DNA of 60,041 bases, filler included, from Squatina squatina (Eukaryota): NCBI GenBank assembly GCA_031763465.1. It is 3 parts of 3 records of this genome, joined end to end, with 100 filler letters (N's around TTAATTAATTAA, not from the genome) between each part and the next. Parts side by side here need not be neighbours in the genome. Positions count along the whole stretch, not along the records: positions 35,358 to 60,041 come from JARFOE010000013.1; 2 more parts are not named here. One strand, written 5' to 3'. Every line of letters starts with the position of its first letter. Positions within the stretch are counted from its first letter, which is position 1. The notes beneath the pieces are model-generated. The model saw only the letters and a program-made list of their open reading frames with translations. It made no database searches and had not been told where the DNA came from. The position numbers and the translations under genes are program-made. Positions 53,647 to 60,041 of this stretch are shown here, one piece after another.

Positions 53647-53833
53647 CTTCCTTGTGCTCACAGCTCCCCTAGTGGCACAAAAAGTGAACTATTCTGTGCT
53701 TCACCTCACCCACTTCCTTTCGAGGTGTACGTCCTCAAAGCCTTAAATCCTATGACTAATCTCCTGCATGTCACTCCACATTTCCTTAATTCTTTTGGAC
53801 AATTCAGTGTCAGGCAAAGTCTGGATAGAAGTC
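53647..53833 (-). other. CHD7: CHD7 exon 2 5' UTR portion
   Basis: Polypyrimidine tract and ccctag acceptor at 53834-53835; begins gacttctatccagactttgcctgacactg, close to the human exon 2 start as I recall it. Confidence 0.75.
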
Positions 53834-56800
53834 CTAGGGAGAAAATGAAAATAAAAATAAAATTTGGGACAAATGGAATGAATGTGACATAACACACAAA
53901 GACAAATCAATAAGGCCACATTAAGATGTCACTTCCCTCTATATGGACTGACAGAGCTTTCTAGGAAGTTAAAAAAGTTCACTGTCAAATTCAGTAACAC
54001 ACATTCTCATTCTTTCGCTTACAGTTTGTACCAACAGTATCCTACATGATATGACTAGTGCGAGCACTAACCTGACCCAGTAATTCATTCTCCATTACAC
54101 TCCTCAGTTCAACATTCTTGGTTGCAAAGGAACAAAAGAACACAAACTGCAGCCACAGCAGCTGCCACCACACCAGGCAGGCAGCTGTAGGAATACAGCA
54201 GAGCACTCCATCTGCTACTGTAAAGCCTAGAATATGCTCCAACCTCTTCCATTGCGTCCTTAACCCCATCATCCCTCGGTGCAACATAAATACATATGCA
54301 AGCAGAATTATAGATGATAAACAAAATTCAAATACAATCTACAGGACAGAGTTATCTACAGAAAATTGTTTACAGAACTAGTGTGCCTTAAATTATTTAA
54401 GTATCACAGCAGAGCCTGGGTAAATGCATATCCCACACCTGAAAATAAAATTCTAACCTTTATGCTAATTTTACAAGCGTTGATCCAAGTATATCCTTAG
54501 ATTATTTATAATTGGACATGCATTTGTCCAAACTCAACTGCTGCTAACACTGCAGTTAGATTCAATTGACATTTCAAATGTAAACATTTCAGAGTTGTAT
54601 AATATTTGATATAGCTTTAAAGTTACTGTCTAACAAGTGTACAAATATCAGCATTTTTGCCTTTCCATCCAGATGTCAGAAATGAATTACGACAATGGAT
54701 TTACAGATTCCAGGCCACAGTTTCGAAGTGATCCTGACAAAGGAAGCACAGCCACAGGGTTCATCACTCACCCTGAGGCAAACAGATTACCAGTGATGTA
54801 ACAAGCTCCATTTGTGACTAAGTGCANNNNNNNNNNNNNNNNNNNNNNNNNNNNNNNNNNNNNNNNNNNNNNNNNNNNNNNNNNNNNNNNNNNNNNNNNN
54901 NNNNNNNNNNNNNNNNNNNNNNNNNNCCAGCTGGAGTCTCTGGCAGATTACTCTTTCACTACTTCTTTACCATTCAGACAAAGCTAAACAGCAGGATGAC
55001 CATTTACTTGTGCACCCTAACCTCTATAAAGTCAGAACTATCACACTGCCCCCACAGTACAATACAAGGAGAGAAAATTGAAGAACATGGCGATCTTATT
55101 ACCTTTTATTTTTGTTTTACAGCTACATTCTAAATCTCATCAGGACCAAGTTAGTACTTGTAGCTCCACTTCAACGAACCTGAAATGGACGTCATTTCTT
55201 GAGCAACAGAGCTAAGTGTTTTCTCTCCACCCAAAAGTTATCTTTTCCCTTTTTCATCAACAAGAATAGGAAACCAGGGTATTTGTCAACCATAACTACT
55301 TTACTACTAGTTTGAACAAAGAGCATCATCATCATCTCTCAATTTGACACTGTACATTGCTCAACACCATTTCAGAGCATCCTGGCCAGCTATGACATTC
55401 ACAAGTACAATTACACAGCATGAAGCAAAGCAGCTTCAGAGCCATCTGCCCCTACTGACCTAGTTTTTTTTATTCAAGTGCAATGATCCTTAATCACTTG
55501 CACTGGAAGGAAGGAATGTTTTCACATAGAAAAATGTACAAATCTAGAAAATATACACATTTCCGCAAGGCCTCCCATCTGAAAGGAAGGGTGGAAAGGA
55601 AGCAACTAAACACAGGCTCATTTTAGCGCTTTAAAAAAAAATACGAAGCCAGCAATCTAATCACAACATACTTTAGTATTTCAGTCTAATACAAAAAAAG
55701 TGGATAGAGGAAAGGGTGAAGGGGGAGGTGATTTCACTACCAAAATCCTAGTGACAGCTCTACATCAAGTGATCGCCAAGCAATTACATTTGATTATAAA
55801 GCAGAGATTAAATTACGAGAGGACCAAGGGGTGNNNNNNNNNNNNNNNNNNNNNNNNNNNNNNNNNNNNNNNNNNNNNNNNNNNNNNNNNNNNNNNNNNN
55901 NNNNNNNNNNNNNNNNNNNNNNNNNNNNNNNNNNNNNNNNNNNNNNNNNNNNNNNNNNNNNNNNNNNNNNNNNNNNNNNNNNNNNNNNNNNNNNNNNNNN
56001 NNNNNNNNNNNNNNNNNNNNNNNNNNNNNNNNNNNNNNNNNNNNNNNNNNNNNNNNNNNNNNNNNNNNNNNNNNNNNNNNNNNNNNNNNNNNNNNNNNNN
56101 NNNNNNNNNNNNNNNNNNNNNNNNNNNNNNNNNNNNNNNNNNNNNNNNNNNNNNNNNNNNNNNNNNNNNNNNNNNNNNNNNNNNNNNNNNNNNNNNNNNN
56201 NNNNNNNNNNNNNNNNNNNNNNNNNNNNNNNNNNNNNNNNNNNNNNNNNNNNNNNNNNNNNNNNNNNNNNNNNNNNNNNNNNNNNNNNNNNNNNNNNNNN
56301 NNNNNNNNNNNNNNNNNNNNNNNNNNNNNNNNNNNNNNNNNNNNNNNNNNNNNNNNNNNNNNNNNNNNNNNNNNNNNNNNNNNNNNNNNNNNNNNNNNNN
56401 NNNNNNNNNNNNNNNNNNNNNNNNNNNNNNNNNNNNNNNNNNNNNNNNNNNNNNNNNNNNNNNNNNNNNNNNNNNNNNNNNNNNNNNNNNNNNNNNNNNN
56501 NNNNNNNNNNNNNNNNNNNNNNNNNNNNNNNNNNNNNNNNNNNNGTGCAAAGACAGGCTGAGTGTCACAGGATACAAAAGGGCAAAGGTCATAATAGTAA
56601 GCTAGAGGGCTCTGGCTGTTGTATGTATGCATGGCTGCCTCTTTCTGACAATGCTATACTGCAATTAATCAAAAACATTAATTATATATAATCTACCTCA
56701 AAACTAAATTGGATACAAGGATGCTGCTTAGACGAGAAATTACACTTGTATGCTAAATGTGCTGGTCTGCTTCTGGAATTTGTACAGCTGCATTCTCTTC

Positions 56801-58546
56801 AACACCCCCAACCCCTCCTCCTATTACTCATACTATCATAGGCCTCAGTTTCCATCATAAGGAAACCTATTCAGCAACTCTACAGACAAGGGCTCTCATA
56901 GAAACCTAAATCTTCTTCTACTTTTGACTTGAACCCAAAAGTTACTTCAGAGTATAAAAAGTTTAAGTTCTAAAAAAATTCAACTTTTGTTCAATCACAC
57001 AATACACAAACACACCTGCCCACCTTAAAAAATGCCTAATATACTGGAATCTTCTTTCCAATAAAAGCAACTGAGACCTACTTTGCGAGCATTAAAATAG
57101 TACAGTTACAAGACAGAAAGTATCAGTAACCCTTGCATCAAACTATGGCAACATTATTACTGAATAGAGCACAACAGCTGTCAACTTAAAAGTCAGTTAT
57201 ATTATGTAACTGGTCTGTTTGTGAGCATTTTACAAGTATCAAGCTCAAGTTTAACACCAAAAACATTTCAATTGCCATAACACAATTCAGGTAAAATTAC
57301 TTAACCAGGCTATGACAAAAGCTTTGTGTAATGCTCATAACAGACTGATAACGTAAAGAAAGCAAGAACTTGCANNNNNNNNNNAAAACCAGCTTCTGAT
57401 GGCATTACATGATCACTGTATGGTGCAGTGGCCATTATATTCTGTATCCAATTTCTAACACAGGCCTTCTAAAGATTACATTCTGTTTGTGGGAAGAATA
57501 ACCCGAACTGAACGTGTTCCCAGGATTTATACAGTGCTTCCCAGATTCAGGTCAAGCAGAGGGCAATGTTAAATTACCAGTTTGACGTATGCAGCTTCCA
57601 TTCTGCAGAACATCGGCAGGAGANNNNNNNNNNNNNNNNNNNNNNNNNNNNNNNNNNNNNNNNNNNNNNNNNNNNNNNNNNNNNNNNNNNNNNNNNNNNN
57701 NNNNNNNNNNNNNNNNNNNNNNNAATTGTTTTTTAAAGCCTCTTCCCTCCCTTATCGCATCTCTCCTTCGCCCCTTTATCTCTGCCCCTTGGACCCCTCT
57801 CCTTACCCATTCCCTCCCCCTGACCCTCAGAGCGGCGGCAGCCACCGCGGTGCGTGTGTGAGAAACTAGTTCAAACCATTCGAGTCCACGCCAATGACCT
57901 CAGGGAACCACCAAGTACCCAAACCACACACACAGACAGATACACAGCGAGAGACAGAGGAGAAACTTACACGAAACCCACAATCATAGCACACAAAATA
58001 TAGGACAGGGCGCCGACACTCATTTATTACCAGAGAGAGAGAGAGACAGTAAACTCACTGCTGGCTGTGATGAGGACAGCGCTGCTCTATTAATGAAATG
58101 TTAATGGCTGCTTTTGCCAGCGGCAACGCACTCTCTCTAGTAGTGGTAGTTAGCAATCGCTGACCGCCTGCCCCCACCTCCTCCTCCCAGTCCTTTCATG
58201 TTTATTTACAGTCAAATTTCTTCTAACTCGACCCAAACGCCGACTCTCACACACTTTCTCTCCGTACTTACTTTGTTGGTGTTCCTTTTTTTTATTAAAT
58301 TGTTTTTTTTTCCTCACTCTTCTTTCGCTCTTGTGCGTTTTAAATTTAATTAAAATTCTGTTTTATCTTTATTTTTTTTTAGAAAAGGGTTTATTATAGA
58401 CTTTTCCCCAGCGGCGCTTCACTGGTGTTTTATAGTTGTGATAATCNNNNNNNNNNNNNNNNNNNNNNNNNNNNNNNNNNNNNNNNNNNNNNNNNNNNNN
58501 NNNNNNNNNNNNNNNNNNNNNNNNNNNNNNNNNNNNNNNNNNNNNN

Positions 58547-58620
58547 TAAAGGGTGGTAGGGGTTAGGGGGGGTAAAGGGTGGTAGGGGTTAGGGGGGGTA
58601 AAGGGTGGGGGTGAAGGGTA
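58547..58620 (+). repeat. G-rich 26 bp tandem repeat in MAP3K6 intron 1, running into a gap
   Basis: taaagggtggtaggggttaggggggg at 58547 and 58573, with a partial copy at 58599. Confidence 0.85.
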
Positions 58621-58646
58621 GCGAGACTCGGGGAAGGGTCGCCCAC

Positions 58647-59103
58647 CTGCGTTGTAGAAGCTGTCCAGGGTACCGGTCTCTCCCAGCACCAGTCTGCCGA
58701 ACGGCACGGTCTCCAGCACGGCGTGGGCATCTTGACAAGCCTCCCGGAGGCAGCGCAGCGACAGGCTGTCCTCGGAGTGCGGGCTCGGCGTCTCGTTCAG
58801 CACATAGACGGCTGTGAGCGGTCGGCTGCGGAGCCGGGGCGTCGGCACGGCCCTGCGGCTCATGTCGATGGCCAGCGGGTCCTGCCAGTAGCTGCCGGCG
58901 GACACGGACTGGGGCTGGTGCTGGCCGCCCGGGCTCTGCGCTCTCTCCGGGGCTCCGCCGCTGCTGGCAGTGCTGGTCCGGCGGCTCGCCGAGCCCCCCT
59001 GCTCGCTGCCTAGCCGCGCCGAGCCGCTCAGCTCTGCCGTGCCCCGGGAACTGGCCCCAAACTCTGGCCCAGCTCTCCGCTCTCCCTCCCTGTCCTCACT
59101 CAC
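58647..59103 (-). CDS. MAP3K6: MAP3K6 (ASK2) first coding exon; start codon uncertain
   Basis: AGSYWQDPLAIDMSR..RSRPLTAVYVL..LSLRCLREAC..VPFGRLVLGETGTLDSFYNA, then a G|gtgggc donor in phase 1. It matches human MAP3K6 (AGSCWQDPLAVALSR..RSRPLSVVYVL..LPLRCLREAC..LDAFYNAD) better than MAP3K5 or MAP3K15. Confidence 0.82.
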
Positions 59104-59700
59104 TCACTCCTTTGTGTTATTTCTCTCTCACCAGAAGTTGGAGCCCCGGCTTCCCCCGCGCGTTCTCGCGGCTTTCCTCCTCCTCTCCCCCCGTAACCCA
59201 CTCCACACTGTGCGTGCGCGCACCCGGCTCCCCGTTCACGTGCTCAATAACTCACGTCAATGAATCTCATTTGCATATTTCTATGCCACCTCCGGATTGG
59301 ACGTCCACCTCCCCCACCCGAGCACGCGGCCACGAACGCAAGGAAGGGGCCGAAAGAGAAAAAAAAATTCAAACGTCAAGATTCCGACTTTTAACGGCGC
59401 GGCTCGTCCGCCGACCGGGTAAAGTTCTTTCGCTTCTTTTTTTTTCCGACGCGTGATTTTTAGATTTTTTTTTATCTCTCGGTTTTCCAACGCTGGAAAG
59501 GGAGAATAAAAAGGAAATGTTGTCCTCTTTGACGTTTACCAATGGGATGAGTGCTTAGTAATGTGAAGGTTGGGTTGACGTGAGCCTCTGATGGATCGGA
59601 GCCAATCGGCCTTGACGTATGTTTACACGCACAAGGGCCCGGATTCTGCCACCGCCGTTATGTTACGTAGATGAGAGTGTGAGGGGATCCTGAAGTGTGA
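59104..59700 (-). promoter_or_regulatory. MAP3K6 CpG-island 5' UTR and promoter
   Basis: CpG-dense from about 58620; E-box CACGTG 59237-59242, octamer ATTTGCAT 59269-59276, CCAAT boxes at 59296, 59539 and 59602, and several TGACG sites. Confidence 0.7.
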
Positions 59701-60041
59701 GGTGGAGGCAGAGCCCCGTTAGACCGGTCATCCAACGAACAACTATCGAACCCTTGCATGTAAAATTATATACATTGTAATTAAACCAAGCTTTTTAGGT
59801 TGCTTGTAATGCTTTAAAAAATCAATTTAATTTGAAACCGCGCCACATTGTGTTGCGTAATTATCATTGTTTGTCTCGGCTCCTGAATGACGCAAGTGAA
59901 CAATAAAATGGACTCGTCTCCCCACGCGTACAGTCTGAGCCACGCACAGCTTTGTACTGTGTTGGCAGCAGGCGCAGCACATTGAAGTGTTAGATTAAAT
60001 GAAGCAGGTAGATTTTTAAAAATACATATTAAATGTGCATG

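Noticed and set aside
53647-53661. ORF-track start MSTRK for CHD7
   Set aside because: That start is a GTG; the conserved protein begins at the ATG at 53646 (MADPG).
55700-56691. Long ORFs of 259-301 aa (also those over 36831-37503 and 48547-48896)
   Set aside because: They are almost entirely X residues translated from N gaps.
58647-59103. Assignment to MAP3K5 (ASK1) or MAP3K15 (ASK3)
   Set aside because: WQDPLA, RSRPL and LRCLREAC match MAP3K6 specifically; a phylogeny would confirm.

Overview
This is vertebrate genomic DNA, not prokaryotic. The repeat content (CR1, L2, RTE/RTE-X, Penelope-like elements, Deu-domain SINEs) points to a cartilaginous fish, probably a shark; that assignment is an inference. 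The window is a fragmented draft: many short contigs joined by N gaps (mostly 100 N) and by two artificial N44-TTAATTAATTAA-N44 linkers at 19235-19334 and 35258-35357. Block 1 (1-19234) has no recognisable host coding exon. It holds transposon relics, three minisatellites and several repeat-free, motif-dense stretches that may be conserved non-coding elements. Block 2 (19335-35257) has the last two exons of STAT3 followed head-to-tail by six internal exons of a STAT5/STAT5B gene, all on the minus strand. Block 3 (35358-60041) has ten coding exons of CHD7 (minus), including the large start exon, and then, after a gap, the first exon and CpG-island promoter of MAP3K6/ASK2 (minus). I found no evidence of a wholly new biological system. 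The best leads are (1) the conserved MAP3K6 N-terminus has no ATG upstream of it, suggesting non-AUG initiation; (2) a STAT3-beta-type internal splice acceptor is retained; (3) a uORF sits in the CHD7 5' UTR; (4) STAT3 and STAT5 are in the ancestral tandem arrangement. Exon numbers and human comparisons come from memory of the human genes and need checking. Repeat boundaries are approximate.
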